From: an uncultured Methanosarcinales archaeon | GTDB lineage: Archaea; Nanobdellota; Nanobdellia; Woesearchaeales; JACPBV01 | Direction: 5' to 3' | Assembly (NCBI GenBank): GCA_964577685.1 | Contig: CAZNZT010000008.1 | Coordinates: 761 to 64,760 of the forward strand | DNA length: 64,000 nucleotides | Shown: positions 46,088-56,801 of the stretch, piece by piece | Numbering within the stretch: position 1 is the stretch's first letter | How the letters are laid out: each line of letters opens with the position of its first letter | Translations under genes and position numbers: made by a program | The notes under the pieces: model-generated | The model's database searches: none | What the model was told of the DNA's origin: nothing | The model's input: the letters and a program-made list of their open reading frames with translations, nothing else

Positions 46088-47734
46088 TTATTTGCCATAA
46101 CAATTTTTACCTTTGAACTTTTGCCTATACGCTTCCAATAAAGGAGTAAGATTTCTTCTTGGTGGTTTTGACTCATTTAGCCTCTTCTTTATTTCCTCTT
46201 CGCTTAGTCTTACATCCAATTTTCTATTAGGTATATCAATATCTATTATATCATTGTCTCTTATTGCTGCTATTGGGCCATTGTTATACGCCTCCATCTC
46301 AACATGACCTATACATGGTCCTGAAGTCCCTCCAGAAAATCTTCCATCTGTAATCAAAGCAACCCTCTTGTAGCCAGCACCTTTTATGGCATCTGTTGGT
46401 GTTAACATCTCTGGCATTCCAGGTGCTCCAGCAGGTCCTTGATAAGGTAAAACAACAACATCCCCTTCGTTTATATCTTTTGATTCTATTGCCTCCAACA
46501 GTTCTTCTTCAGTATAAAAAACCTTTGCTGGCCCAGAATGTTTCATCATACTTGGATCAACTGCTGTTTGTTTAATAATAGCACTATTAGCAAGATTCCC
46601 CTTCAAAACAGCTATCCCTCCTTCTTTCATATATGGATTATCTAAACCCCTTATTATCTCTCCATCAAGAACTTTTCCTTCTTCTGCTATTTGTTTTATT
46701 GACTTCAAATTAACAGTAACAGAATCTTTTAATAAGCTCTTTAATCTATTCAATACAGCAGGTATTCCACCAGCTTTGTCTAAATCAGCTATTTCATATG
46801 GCCCTGCGGGAATTATCTTGCAGATATTAGGTGTTTCTCTTGATATTTTATCAAAAATTTCAACATCAATCTCAATCCCTGCTTCTCTTGCTATAGCAGG
46901 TATGTGCAATACTGTATTTGTAGAACCACCCATTGCCATATCCACCCTTATTGCATTTTCGAAGGCATTTTTAGTCATTATATCTCTTGGCTTAATATCC
47001 TTCTTAACCAACTCAACTATCCTCCTCCCGGTTTCATATGCCTGTTTCTTCTTTAGCGGATTTAAAGCTGGAGTAGTAGCACATCTTGTTAGTGACATTC
47101 CAAGTACCTCAGTAACAACAGCCATAGTATTAGCTGTATATAATCCAACACAAGAACCAGCACCACAACACATCAAAGATAACATACCCTCAGCTTCCTC
47201 TGCCTTGAGTTTACCAGCCTTAACCTCACCAACTAAACCAAAACCCTCAATCGGATGATGTTTCTTCCCCTCCACTACATTCGCTTTCATTGGCCCACCA
47301 GTAAGTATAATAGCTGGTAAATTTAATCTTCCAGCGGCCATTAACATTCCAGGTGTTATTTTATCACAATTTGTTACACCAACCCATCCATCAAGAGAAT
47401 GGGATAAAGTCATGATTTCAATATTATCAGCTATGTGTTCTCTAGAAGGCAAACTCAAACGCATTTCTACATGCATAGCGATACCATCACATACCCCAGG
47501 AACCCCCCATACAAAGGGAATACCGCCAGCATCCCTAATCCCATTCATTACCTCTTCAGTCAATTCATTTAGGTGTATGTGTCCTGGTATAATATTATTA
47601 TAGCTGTTGGCTACTCCTATAAAAGGCTTATCAGATTCCAAATCATCTTTTTTTACACCTGCAGAAAGCAATAACGCCCGATGGGGTAGTGTTTCTATTC
47701 TTTTCTTTAAAACATCTGATCGCATATTAATCAC
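46088..47734 (-). CDS. ilvD: Dihydroxy-acid dehydratase
   Basis: 'CDKITPGMLMAAGRLNLPAIILTGGPM', 'TDGRFSGGTSGPCIGHVEMEA' (IlvD/EDD signatures). Confidence 0.9.
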   Translation of the reverse strand: MINMRSDVLKKRIETLPHRALLLSAGVKKDDLESDKPFIGVANSYNNIIPGHIHLNELTEEVMNGIRDAGGIPFVWGVPGVCDGIAMHVEMRLSLPSREHIADNIEIMTLSHSLDGWVGVTNCDKITPGMLMAAGRLNLPAIILTGGPMKANVVEGKKHHPIEGFGLVGEVKAGKLKAEEAEGMLSLMCCGAGSCVGLYTANTMAVVTEVLGMSLTRCATTPALNPLKKKQAYETGRRIVELVKKDIKPRDIMTKNAFENAIRVDMAMGGSTNTVLHIPAIAREAGIEIDVEIFDKISRETPNICKIIPAGPYEIADLDKAGGIPAVLNRLKSLLKDSVTVNLKSIKQIAEEGKVLDGEIIRGLDNPYMKEGGIAVLKGNLANSAIIKQTAVDPSMMKHSGPAKVFYTEEELLEAIESKDINEGDVVVLPYQGPAGAPGMPEMLTPTDAIKGAGYKRVALITDGRFSGGTSGPCIGHVEMEAYNNGPIAAIRDNDIIDIDIPNRKLDVRLSEEEIKKRLNESKPPRRNLTPLLEAYRQKFKGKNCYGK

Positions 47735-47761
47735 CTTAATCTAATTTTTTATTAATATTAT

Positions 47762-48385
47762 TTATTTAACATAATTCTTTAGGGTCCCTATCCCCTCAAT
47801 TTTAATCTCTATTGTATCTCCTTTCTGCATTGGACCAATACCTGCAGGAGTTCCTGTAGAAATAATATCACCAGGCAATAAAGTCATTACCCTTGATATA
47901 AAAGATACCAACTCCTCAACCTTAAATATAAAATTTGAAGTACTAGAATCTTGTTTTAACTCTCCATTAAGAAAACTTTGAATTTTAAGATTATTGGGAT
48001 TTACATCCTTAACAACAGTTGGGCCAACCGGACAGAATGTATCAAAAGACTTTGCCCTTGTCCACTGTCCATCTTTTTTTTGTAAATCTCTCGCTGTTAC
48101 ATCATTTATACAGGTAAAGCCATCAATATGTTCCATAACCTCTCCTTCCCCGATATCTTTTATCCTATCTTTTATTATAACTCCAAGCTCTGCTTCATAA
48201 TCAACCCTTCTAGACATTTCTGGGTAGATTATATTTTCCTCCGGGCCTATCAGTGTTGTAGGTGGTTTAATAAATAATATTGGCTCTTCCGGCAAAGGCA
48301 TCCCTAATTCTTCAGCATGATCCCTATAATTCAAACCAACCAAAACTATCTTAGAAGGTTTATTTTTTAAAAAAGAAATATTCAT
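47762..48385 (-). CDS. Fumarylacetoacetate hydrolase (FAH) family protein
   Basis: '[17 protein letters not shown]', '[12 protein letters not shown]', '[14 protein letters not shown]' (FAH-fold metal and substrate motifs). Confidence 0.8.
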   Translation of the reverse strand: MNISFLKNKPSKIVLVGLNYRDHAEELGMPLPEEPILFIKPPTTLIGPEENIIYPEMSRRVDYEAELGVIIKDRIKDIGEGEVMEHIDGFTCINDVTARDLQKKDGQWTRAKSFDTFCPVGPTVVKDVNPNNLKIQSFLNGELKQDSSTSNFIFKVEELVSFISRVMTLLPGDIISTGTPAGIGPMQKGDTIEIKIEGIGTLKNYVK

Positions 48386-48390
48386 TTTAG

Positions 48391-49398
48391 TTATCTTTTT
48401 TTAAAGAGGTTTCTTATTTCTTCGCCGGTTATCTCAATTTGATGTTTTCCAATTTTTTCTCTGCTTTCCTTTAAAAAAGGCATTCCTTTTTTGTATTCTT
48501 CAACCCACTCCTTAGCAAATTCTCCACTCTCTATTTTCCTTAACGCCTCCTTCATCCTCTCTTTAACATCTTCCCCTATAATCCTATGTCCGACAGCCCA
48601 CATTCCATACTCTGCTGTATTGCTAATAACCTCTGCCATTCTTTTAATTCCTCCTTCCCATATAAGATCCACAATAAGTTTCATTTCATGCACGCACTCA
48701 AAGTACGCCATCTCTGGAGGATAACCAGCTTCTACCAAAACCTCAAAACCATTTTTCATTAATTCAACTAGACCTCCACATAAAACACACTGTTCACCAA
48801 ATAAATCCTCATATGTTTCCTGCTCAAAGGTACACTCCAGAACGCCTGCTTTTGTAAAATGCATAGCCTTAGCCAATGCTAAAGCCATTTCTCTCGCTTT
48901 TCCAGAAGCATTTTGGTAAACTGCAACTAGTGCTGGAACACCAAAACCTTCAAGATAGGCTTTTCTTTCTTCTGTTCCTGGAGCTTTTGGTGCAACCATG
49001 ATAACATCCACATCACTCGGAGGTATTATTCTCTTAAAACAAATATTAAAACCATGGGAAAAATAAAGCGTCTTTCCTGCTTTTACATAAGGCTTGATTT
49101 GATTTTCATAAATATCTGGTTGAACTTCATCCGGCAAAAGGATTTGGATAATATCAGCTTTTTCTGCGGCCTTGTCTATTGAAAATACCTCAAACCCATC
49201 TTCCTTTGCTTTATTCCAACTAGGATTTTGTTTCCCACCTATAACCTCCGTTTCTCCAATTATTACACTAACCCCAGAATCTCTAAGCATATTTGCTTGG
49301 GCAGACCCCTGTGCTCCGTAACCAATAGTTGCAACCACTTTACCCTTTAAAATACCTTCATCTATATCTTCATCATACAATACTTTCATAACAACCAA
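48391..49398 (-). CDS. ilvC: Ketol-acid reductoisomerase
   Basis: NADPH Rossmann '[21 protein letters not shown]'. '[39 protein letters not shown]'. Confidence 0.9.
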   Translation of the reverse strand: MVVMKVLYDEDIDEGILKGKVVATIGYGAQGSAQANMLRDSGVSVIIGETEVIGGKQNPSWNKAKEDGFEVFSIDKAAEKADIIQILLPDEVQPDIYENQIKPYVKAGKTLYFSHGFNICFKRIIPPSDVDVIMVAPKAPGTEERKAYLEGFGVPALVAVYQNASGKAREMALALAKAMHFTKAGVLECTFEQETYEDLFGEQCVLCGGLVELMKNGFEVLVEAGYPPEMAYFECVHEMKLIVDLIWEGGIKRMAEVISNTAEYGMWAVGHRIIGEDVKERMKEALRKIESGEFAKEWVEEYKKGMPFLKESREKIGKHQIEITGEEIRNLFKKR

Positions 49399-49601
49399 CC
49401 CCCTAGACTATTTGATTTTTTATTAAAAATTTTCTATTAGAGGTAATCATACTCCATTTATAAATATTGCTCTTACTTAAATCTCTCAAGGACATCTTCA
49501 CCCGCCATTCCTTTCCTAACACCTAGCTCTTTTGCTCCTGTTGGCTTTTGTTGAAACACCACAAAAACAAATCCCCCTAACAATCACTTTTTCTACTTTT
49601 A

Positions 49602-50729
49602 TCATTTTAATTTTTTTATTATAGCATCCCCCATTTCAGAAGTCTTCGCTGTCCCACCAAGGTCTTTTGTTTTCACTTTCCCTTCTTTTAAAACTTCTTC
49701 TATTGCTCTAATTACCTGCTTAGCTGATTCCTCCTCTCCAAGTTCTTCTAACATCATAGAACCAGCCCAAATTGTTGCTATTGGATTTGCTATACCTTTT
49801 CCCTTATATTTTGGAGCAGAACCATGTATTGGCTCAAACATTGAAATACCATCTGGGTTAATATTTCCTCCAGGAGCAAGTCCTAATCCACCCTGAATCA
49901 TAGCACCGAGGTCTGTTATTATGTCCCCGAACATATTTGGAGTCACAATCGTTTGAAACCATTCTGGATTTTTAACAAACCACATAGTTATAGCATCAAC
50001 AAAATTAAACTCATAATTTATCCCGGGATAATCCCTAGCAACTTCTTCTAAAATCTCACGCCAAAAAGAATAAACATAATCTAAAACATTTGCCTTATCA
50101 ACAGATGTAAGTTTATCCCTCTTCTTCCTCTTTGTTAATTCAAAAGCATATTTTATAACCCTCTTTGCTCCTTCTCTACTTATAACCCCAATCTGATATG
50201 CTATCTCTGAACCCTGTGTATCTATATCCAATCCAAATTTTATTTTATAAAGACTCCTTACTATTTCAAGTTCTTGTTTCGATTTTCCTATTTTGGCTCT
50301 ATTTCCAATACCGACATAAAAGTCTTCTGTATTCTCTCTAACTACATCAAAGTTTATATCAGTAGGCCCTTTATCTCTCAACGGAGTTTTAACCCCCCCT
50401 AATAGCCTCACAGGCCTTAGATTAATAAATTGATCAAAATAAAATCTCATCTTAAGTAAAATCCCCTTCTCTAGAATTCCTGGCTTAACCCTAGGATCGC
50501 CCAAAGCACCTAAGTAAATAGCATTACATTTCTGTTCAATCTCTTTTAGGGTTTCTTCCGTTATAAGTTCTCCTGTCTTTAAATATTTCTCTGCCCCATT
50601 ATCATATTCCCTCCATTCAATATCAAAACCATTAAGATCAGCTACTCTTTCTATTACCTTAACTCCTTCTGCTATTATCTCTGGACCTATACCATCCCCC
50701 GGAATTAAAGCAATTCTATATTTTTTCAT
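49602..50729 (-). CDS. leuB: 3-isopropylmalate dehydrogenase (isocitrate/isopropylmalate DH family)
   Basis: '[15 protein letters not shown]', 'NLRPVRLL', '[26 protein letters not shown]'. Operon context with leuCD. Confidence 0.8.
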   Translation of the reverse strand: MKKYRIALIPGDGIGPEIIAEGVKVIERVADLNGFDIEWREYDNGAEKYLKTGELITEETLKEIEQKCNAIYLGALGDPRVKPGILEKGILLKMRFYFDQFINLRPVRLLGGVKTPLRDKGPTDINFDVVRENTEDFYVGIGNRAKIGKSKQELEIVRSLYKIKFGLDIDTQGSEIAYQIGVISREGAKRVIKYAFELTKRKKRDKLTSVDKANVLDYVYSFWREILEEVARDYPGINYEFNFVDAITMWFVKNPEWFQTIVTPNMFGDIITDLGAMIQGGLGLAPGGNINPDGISMFEPIHGSAPKYKGKGIANPIATIWAGSMMLEELGEEESAKQVIRAIEEVLKEGKVKTKDLGGTAKTSEMGDAIIKKLK

Positions 50730-51213
50730 ATTGAGTCTTTATATAGTTTAACAAACCTCCTGCCTTTATAATATCCAAAGCAAATTTAGGAAAAGGATTA
50801 AATTTAAATTCTTTCCCATTATTCAAATTTTTTATTATTCCCCTCCTTAAATCGATTTCTAAATTATCTCCATCATTGACTTTATTTACAACATCCTTAC
50901 ACTCTATGGCCAAAAATCCATTGTTAATAGCATTCCTAAAAAATATCCTTGCAAAACTTTTAGCAATTACTGCACTTATACCAGCTCCCTTCAAAGCCCA
51001 TACGGCGTGCTCTCTAGAAGAACCACAACCAAAATTTTCACCAACAACGATAAAATCTCCCTTACTAACTTTTTTAACAAAATCCCTATCCAAATCCTCC
51101 ATAGCATGTTTTGCAAGTTCTTCCTCTTTATCTATATTCAAATATCTAGCAGGGATTATCTCATCAGTATTTATATGATCCTTCTTATAAACATGTGCTT
51201 TACCTTTCATCAT
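50716..51213 (-). CDS. leuD: 3-isopropylmalate dehydratase small subunit
   Basis: '[22 protein letters not shown]', '[17 protein letters not shown]'. Overlaps the leuB start by 14 nt and the leuC stop by 4 nt. Confidence 0.8.
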   Translation of the reverse strand: MMKGKAHVYKKDHINTDEIIPARYLNIDKEEELAKHAMEDLDRDFVKKVSKGDFIVVGENFGCGSSREHAVWALKGAGISAVIAKSFARIFFRNAINNGFLAIECKDVVNKVNDGDNLEIDLRRGIIKNLNNGKEFKFNPFPKFALDIIKAGGLLNYIKTQYEKI

Positions 51214-52469
51214 AAGTACTCCCTCGGGTCAGTAATTTTTCCTTCTATGGCTGAGGCCGCTACTGTTGCAGGACTAGCCAAATATACCTTAGAATCTGGA
51301 TGACCCATTCTCCCAGTAAAATTTCTATTGGTTGAACTAATACAAACCTCTCCCTCAGCTAAAATACCCATATGACCACCCAAACAAGCCCCACATGTTG
51401 GAGTTGAAACTACTGCACCAAACTCTATAAATATGTCTATCAGGCCTTCCTTATTTGCTTGCTTCCATATCTCTGTTGTCGCAGGAACTATAATCATTCT
51501 TGTCCCTTTCGCTATTTTATTTCCATCTAAAATTGAAGCAGCAATCCTCAAGTCTTCAATTCTTCCATTCGTACAGCTTCCTAGATATGCTTGATCTATC
51601 TTAATATTCTTAATCTTAGAAATAGGAACCCCATTACTTGGCAAATTAGGAAAAGCCACAATAGGTTCTAAATCGGATATATCATACTCCTTAATCTCTC
51701 TATACACAGCATCTTTATCTGATTTAAACATTTCAAATTTTTCTTTTGTTCTTTCTTTAACATACTCCAAAACTTTTTTATCTGGTTCCATTATACCAGA
51801 TTTAGCACCTGCTTCTATTGCCATATTTGTTATTGTCATCCTAGCTTCTACCGAAAGTTGCTTTACGACCTCTCCAGTAAATTCCATAGCTTTGTATAAT
51901 GCCCCATCTACCCCAATATCTGATAATATGTGTAATATAATATCTTTTGAATAAACACCTTCAGGTACCTTTCCATCCAATACGAACTTTATTGACTCAG
52001 GAACCCTAAACCACAGCTTGCCAGTAGCAATAGCTGCAGCTATATCAGTCGAACCAACCCCTGTTGAGAATGCTCCAAAAGCACCATATGTACATGTATG
52101 AGAATCTGCTCCAACAATCAAACTACCAGGTACCACATACCCTTGCTCTGGCAATAGAGCATGGCATATTCCATGATTACCCACCTCATAATAATTCCTG
52201 ATATGAAACTCCTCAACCCATTTTCTTAATCTTTTGGTTAATTGTGCTGACTTTATATCCTTATTAGGCACAAAATGATCAGGTGTAACAACTATCTTAT
52301 CAGGATTAAACGCTTTCTTAATACCAAACTTATAAAGCATATCTATAGCCGGAGGAGTAGTTACATCATGACAGACTATTACATCAATATCTGCATTAAT
52401 TAATTCTCCAGGCTTGACTTTATCCTTATTCGCGTGTTTTGCAAGTATTTTCTCTGTTATTGTTTGCAT
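51210..52469 (-). CDS. leuC: 3-isopropylmalate dehydratase large subunit (aconitase family)
   Basis: '[11 protein letters not shown]', '[11 protein letters not shown]', '[11 protein letters not shown]', Fe-S ligands '[11 protein letters not shown]' and '[10 protein letters not shown]'. Confidence 0.85.
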   Translation of the reverse strand: MQTITEKILAKHANKDKVKPGELINADIDVIVCHDVTTPPAIDMLYKFGIKKAFNPDKIVVTPDHFVPNKDIKSAQLTKRLRKWVEEFHIRNYYEVGNHGICHALLPEQGYVVPGSLIVGADSHTCTYGAFGAFSTGVGSTDIAAAIATGKLWFRVPESIKFVLDGKVPEGVYSKDIILHILSDIGVDGALYKAMEFTGEVVKQLSVEARMTITNMAIEAGAKSGIMEPDKKVLEYVKERTKEKFEMFKSDKDAVYREIKEYDISDLEPIVAFPNLPSNGVPISKIKNIKIDQAYLGSCTNGRIEDLRIAASILDGNKIAKGTRMIIVPATTEIWKQANKEGLIDIFIEFGAVVSTPTCGACLGGHMGILAEGEVCISSTNRNFTGRMGHPDSKVYLASPATVAASAIEGKITDPREYL

Positions 52470-52471
52470 TT

Positions 52472-52744
52472 TTAACCAAACTTATAATATTTTTTTACGG
52501 GCTTATTAATTTTCCATTTACATTTTAAGCCTCTAGGGAAAACAACTAAATCTCCTTTTCCAAACTTCACATGCTCGCCATCCTCTGTTATTACTTCAAC
52601 ATCTCCCTCAATTAGTAAACAAGTTTCCTTCTCATCGTACTCCCACGGAAACTCTGAAATCCCTTTCTCCCATATACCCCATGATTTTGCTTCTTCTTTT
52701 TCTTTTTCAGTTGGTTTTCTTACTTCTATCCTCACCAAAATCAC
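52472..52744 (-). CDS. Small cupin-fold protein embedded in the leu/ilv operon
   Basis: 90 aa. '[31 protein letters not shown]' is a cupin beta-barrel motif pair. Translationally coupled on both sides. Confidence 0.5.
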   Translation of the reverse strand: MILVRIEVRKPTEKEKEEAKSWGIWEKGISEFPWEYDEKETCLLIEGDVEVITEDGEHVKFGKGDLVVFPRGLKCKWKINKPVKKYYKFG

Positions 52745-53226
52745 CCCCTAGATATAGCAGTTACGCCAGTTCTAGATATTTCTCTTATCCCAAATTGCTT
52801 CATTAATTCAATAAAAGCATCAATCTTAGCAGGAACACCTACTAATTCCGCTGTTACAGACTTAGGAGTTATATCTACAATCTTTGTCTTATATATTTTA
52901 GTATAACGTAAAATATCCTCTTTTGCTTTCTTATTAGGTATGGCTATCTTAACTAAACAAAGTTCTCTTATAACTGATCTTTCCTCCGGCATTTCTATAA
53001 CTTTTATCGTATTTATTAACTTATTAATTTGTTTTTTAACTTGCTCAACTGTTTTATCATCACCAAAAACAGTAATTACCATCTTTGATATTCCAGGGGT
53101 TATTGTCTTGCCAACAGTAATCGTATCTATGTTAAAGCCCCTCCTAGCAAACATACCTGCTATTTTTGTCAACACACCAGGTTGATCTTCAACAAGCATA
53201 GCTATAACATTCCTTCTTTCCTTCAT
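52741..53226 (-). CDS. ilvN: Acetolactate synthase small (regulatory) subunit, ACT domain
   Basis: 'RNVIAMLVEDQPGVLTKIAGMFARRGFNIDTITVG' (IlvH/IlvN ACT signature). Confidence 0.8.
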   Translation of the reverse strand: MKERRNVIAMLVEDQPGVLTKIAGMFARRGFNIDTITVGKTITPGISKMVITVFGDDKTVEQVKKQINKLINTIKVIEMPEERSVIRELCLVKIAIPNKKAKEDILRYTKIYKTKIVDITPKSVTAELVGVPAKIDAFIELMKQFGIREISRTGVTAISRG

Positions 53227-53228
53227 TT

Positions 53229-54944
53229 TTATTCCCTCTCAAAAAATTTACCAGGTGCAGGCATACATCCTCCAAAAGCATCCTTCAAATGTCCTCCAGG
53301 TGCCAACATTGGTAAGATGTTCACTTCTTCTTCTACCTGAACATCAATAATTGTAGTAACATCATTACTAATTGCTTTCTTTATTGCCGGTTCAAGCTCA
53401 GATTCTCTCTCAACTCTTATTCCCTCTAATCCATAAGCTTCTGCTACCTTAACGAAATCAGGAGTTCTACCTAGATAGACATTTGAGTATCTCTTACCCA
53501 AAAAAAGTTCTAACCACTGTCTAACCATCCCTAGATACGAATTATTCATTATAATAGGTATTATCTTGATATTCTCCTCTTTTATTGTCCCCAATTCTTG
53601 TATAGTCATTTGGAAAGAACCATCACCATCTATTAAAAAAACATTTGAACTTGGTTTTGCAACTTTTGCTCCTATTGCCGCTGGTAAACCAAACCCCATC
53701 GTCCCTGCACCACCAGAGCTTATGAATGTTCTTGGTTTTGAACATTTAATAAAATGTCCTGCAAACATCTGATGCTGACCAACACCAGTAACCACAATAT
53801 CATCTGGCTTCATTATCTTATTTATATTGCTCATAACAACTCTTGGATGTATTTTCTTTGTTTTATGCAATGGAACACAACCATCACAAATTTGTTTGTA
53901 CCTCTTTATTTTATTTATCCAACCTTCTTTCTCCTTTATAGTTTTCTTTTTGATAGTATTTATTAATGCAATTAGTACCTCTTTTGCATCACCAACTATA
54001 GGTATATCCACCTCAACATTTTTTCCAATTTCAGCAGGATCAATATCTGCATGTATAATCTTTGCATTTTCTGCGTATGTCTTCAAATTTCCAGTTATCC
54101 TATCACTAAACCTACAACCGATTGCTATTAGAAGGTCTGCATTCAATGTTGCATAATTTGCTATCTTCCTTCCATGCATCCCAACCGTCCCTAAACTCAA
54201 AGGATGTCTCTCATCAAATACCCCTTTACCCATGAAGGTAGTAGTAACTGGAATCTTAGTTAAATTAACAAACTCCCTCAACTCCTTATGTGCATTTGAT
54301 ATAACAACTCCCTGACCAACCAACAATAAAGGCCTTTCTGAGTTTAATATTGCCTCTACAGCAAGTTTTATCTGGACTGGATTTGGTTTTATAGTTAATT
54401 TAAAGCCAGGGATTGCAACATCTCTAGGAATCGGTTCTGTTACTTCCTCTACCTGAATATCTTTAGGCAAATCAATATAAACAGGACCAGGCCTACCGCT
54501 TTGTGCTATCTTAAAAGCTTTCATGATAGTTTCAGCAATTTTATTTGCATTTCTAATCTGAAAATTATGTTTTGTTATTGGCAATGTTATACCCATCATA
54601 TCTGTTTCTTGGAATGCATCATTTCCAATTAGAGTTGTGGGAACCTGTCCACCAAAGGCTATTATTGGAACAGAATCCATATAAGCGTCCGCTATTCCAG
54701 TAACCAAATTACAAGCACCAGGACCAGAAGTTGCTATACATACACCTGCTTTCCCAGATGCTCTTGCATATCCTTCTGCTGCATGTGCTGCCCCTTGCTC
54801 ATGTCTCACTAAAACGTTCTTTATTTTATCTTTATGCTCTAAAAAAGCATCAAACAACGGTATAACTGCCCCACCTGGAAATCCAAATGTGACATTTGTT
54901 TTTTCCCTTATCAACATCTTAATTATCATATTTGCTCCATTCAT
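53229..54944 (-). CDS. ilvB: Acetolactate synthase large (catalytic) subunit
   Basis: TPP enzyme. 'GFPGGAVIPLFDA', TPP motif 'IDGDGSFQMTIQELGT...NNSYLGMVRQWQ'. Confidence 0.9.
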   Translation of the reverse strand: MNGANMIIKMLIREKTNVTFGFPGGAVIPLFDAFLEHKDKIKNVLVRHEQGAAHAAEGYARASGKAGVCIATSGPGACNLVTGIADAYMDSVPIIAFGGQVPTTLIGNDAFQETDMMGITLPITKHNFQIRNANKIAETIMKAFKIAQSGRPGPVYIDLPKDIQVEEVTEPIPRDVAIPGFKLTIKPNPVQIKLAVEAILNSERPLLLVGQGVVISNAHKELREFVNLTKIPVTTTFMGKGVFDERHPLSLGTVGMHGRKIANYATLNADLLIAIGCRFSDRITGNLKTYAENAKIIHADIDPAEIGKNVEVDIPIVGDAKEVLIALINTIKKKTIKEKEGWINKIKRYKQICDGCVPLHKTKKIHPRVVMSNINKIMKPDDIVVTGVGQHQMFAGHFIKCSKPRTFISSGGAGTMGFGLPAAIGAKVAKPSSNVFLIDGDGSFQMTIQELGTIKEENIKIIPIIMNNSYLGMVRQWLELFLGKRYSNVYLGRTPDFVKVAEAYGLEGIRVERESELEPAIKKAISNDVTTIIDVQVEEEVNILPMLAPGGHLKDAFGGCMPAPGKFFERE

Positions 54945-54954
54945 ACTTAATCCC

Positions 54955-56502
54955 TCACTTGAAATTATTTTTTCTCTGAAAATTAAGAGCTTTATTTATT
55001 CCTTTTATCAAAGCCCCTGCAGATGCCATAATAACATCACTATTAACAGACTCCGCTTTGAATAAATTTCCCTTATTATCCTGCACCTTTATAGAAACCT
55101 CTGCTAAGGCATCTGTTCCACCAGTTATAGCTTTCAATTCATATTCCTTTAACCTTATCGATGAACCAACTATTTTCTTGATAGCATCACTAACAGCATC
55201 AACAGGCCCTACCCCAGAGCCCTTACTAATTTTCTTTTTTCCATCAATTACTAAGACAACTATTGCCTCTGGCTTTATTTTATTTCCAGTCAAAACTTTT
55301 ATTTCCTCCAATCTTATTATTTCATCTTCTTCTAATTCACCTATGATATCAGTTGCAATTGCAATTACATCCTCCCTCATAATCTGTTTTTGTTTATCTG
55401 CTAATTCCTTAACCTTAGATGTGATTTTATTTATTTGCTCTTCATTAAGGTCGTAACCAGAATCTCTTAAAATAGCTTCAATTGCGTGTCTTCCGGAATG
55501 CTTACCAATCACAAGATTCGTACCAGTCCATCCTATATCTTCTGGATTCATAATCTCATATGTAAATTTATGGCTTAGAACACCATGCTGATGAATTCCT
55601 GCTTCATGAGCAAAAGCATTTTGACCAACAATAGCCTTATTTCTCTGCACAGCTATTCCAGTCAGAGATGAAACAAGTCTTGATGTCCTAAATATTTCTT
55701 TTGTATTTACGCTAGTATAAAATCCTCTAAAAAAGTCCTTTCTCGTCTTTATATTCATCACAACCTCTTCCAAGCTACAATTCCCTGCTCTTTCTCCAAT
55801 CCCATTTATTGTACACTCTATCTGGGTCGCTCCATTTCTTATTGCTTCCAATGAATTCGCAACAGCCAGACCTAAATCGTTATGACAATGCACACTAACC
55901 ACAACACCCCTTCTTCTTATTATATCGCCAATCTTATCAAAAACATACTTTATTCTCTTACCAAATTCTTCTGGTTCTGCATACCCTACAGTATCTGGGA
56001 TATTTATTGTATTAGCTCCAGCCTCAATTGCAGCCTTAATTACATCACACATATAATCCAAATCCGTCCTTGCTGCATCTTCTGGAGAAAACTCAATATC
56101 CCTACATAGAGATTTAGCATATTTCACAGCCCTAACAACAATATCTATTACCTCCTCCTTAGTCTTTCTTAATTTCTCTTTTATATGGATATCAGATGTA
56201 GCTATAAAAGTATGAATTCTTGGCTTTTTTGAATACATCAATGCTTCCCATGCCCGTTTAATGTCTTCTTTCTTTGTCCTAGCTAAGCCACATACTATTG
56301 GCTTCTTTATCTCCTTAGCTATAAGCCTTACTGCCTCAAAATCACCATCAGAGCTTATAGGAAACCCAGCCTCAATCACATCAACACCCAACCTCTCAAG
56401 CTGCTTAGCTATTATAAGCTTCTCTTTCACTGTAAGAGAAGCGCCAGGAGATTGTTCGCCATCCCTTAATGTAGTATCAAAAATTATTATTTTCTTCTTC
56501 AT
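54955..56502 (-). CDS. leuA: 2-isopropylmalate synthase (LeuA/CimA family, with C-terminal regulatory domain)
   Basis: 'IFDTTLRDGEQSPGASLT', 'VHCHNDLGLAVANSLEAIRNGATQIECTINGIGERAGN'. 515 aa including a LeuA dimerisation/allosteric domain. Confidence 0.85.
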   Translation of the reverse strand: MKKKIIIFDTTLRDGEQSPGASLTVKEKLIIAKQLERLGVDVIEAGFPISSDGDFEAVRLIAKEIKKPIVCGLARTKKEDIKRAWEALMYSKKPRIHTFIATSDIHIKEKLRKTKEEVIDIVVRAVKYAKSLCRDIEFSPEDAARTDLDYMCDVIKAAIEAGANTINIPDTVGYAEPEEFGKRIKYVFDKIGDIIRRRGVVVSVHCHNDLGLAVANSLEAIRNGATQIECTINGIGERAGNCSLEEVVMNIKTRKDFFRGFYTSVNTKEIFRTSRLVSSLTGIAVQRNKAIVGQNAFAHEAGIHQHGVLSHKFTYEIMNPEDIGWTGTNLVIGKHSGRHAIEAILRDSGYDLNEEQINKITSKVKELADKQKQIMREDVIAIATDIIGELEEDEIIRLEEIKVLTGNKIKPEAIVVLVIDGKKKISKGSGVGPVDAVSDAIKKIVGSSIRLKEYELKAITGGTDALAEVSIKVQDNKGNLFKAESVNSDVIMASAGALIKGINKALNFQRKNNFK

Positions 56503-56801
56503 CTCCTCACCTTAGTCCTTTTCTTTTTGTTCCATTTTAAATCTTTTTTGGTTTAAAAGTTAAAAGAACAGATAAACAATGCAATCACCCCAGAATCAAT
56601 GGGGTTAATTATAACAGCAGAAGTAGAACTAATAAAACACATAAAACATATTTATTCCTCATAGCAAACCTAAACTCACTCATATTCAAAAGGAAAATAA
56701 AAAATTATATTTAAACCTTACGATTCCTGTACAAGGATAGGGGCATAAAATCAAAAAAACAAAAACAAACTTTTTTATATATACCTAAATAACATACTTT
56801 T

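Noticed and set aside
49399-49601. Possible small ORF or riboswitch in the 200-nt gap between leuB and ilvC
   Set aside because: Only a 12-codon ATG frame (MAGEDVLERFK*) with no RBS context. No recognisable structured-RNA motif by eye. Most likely just an operon boundary with promoter and terminator.
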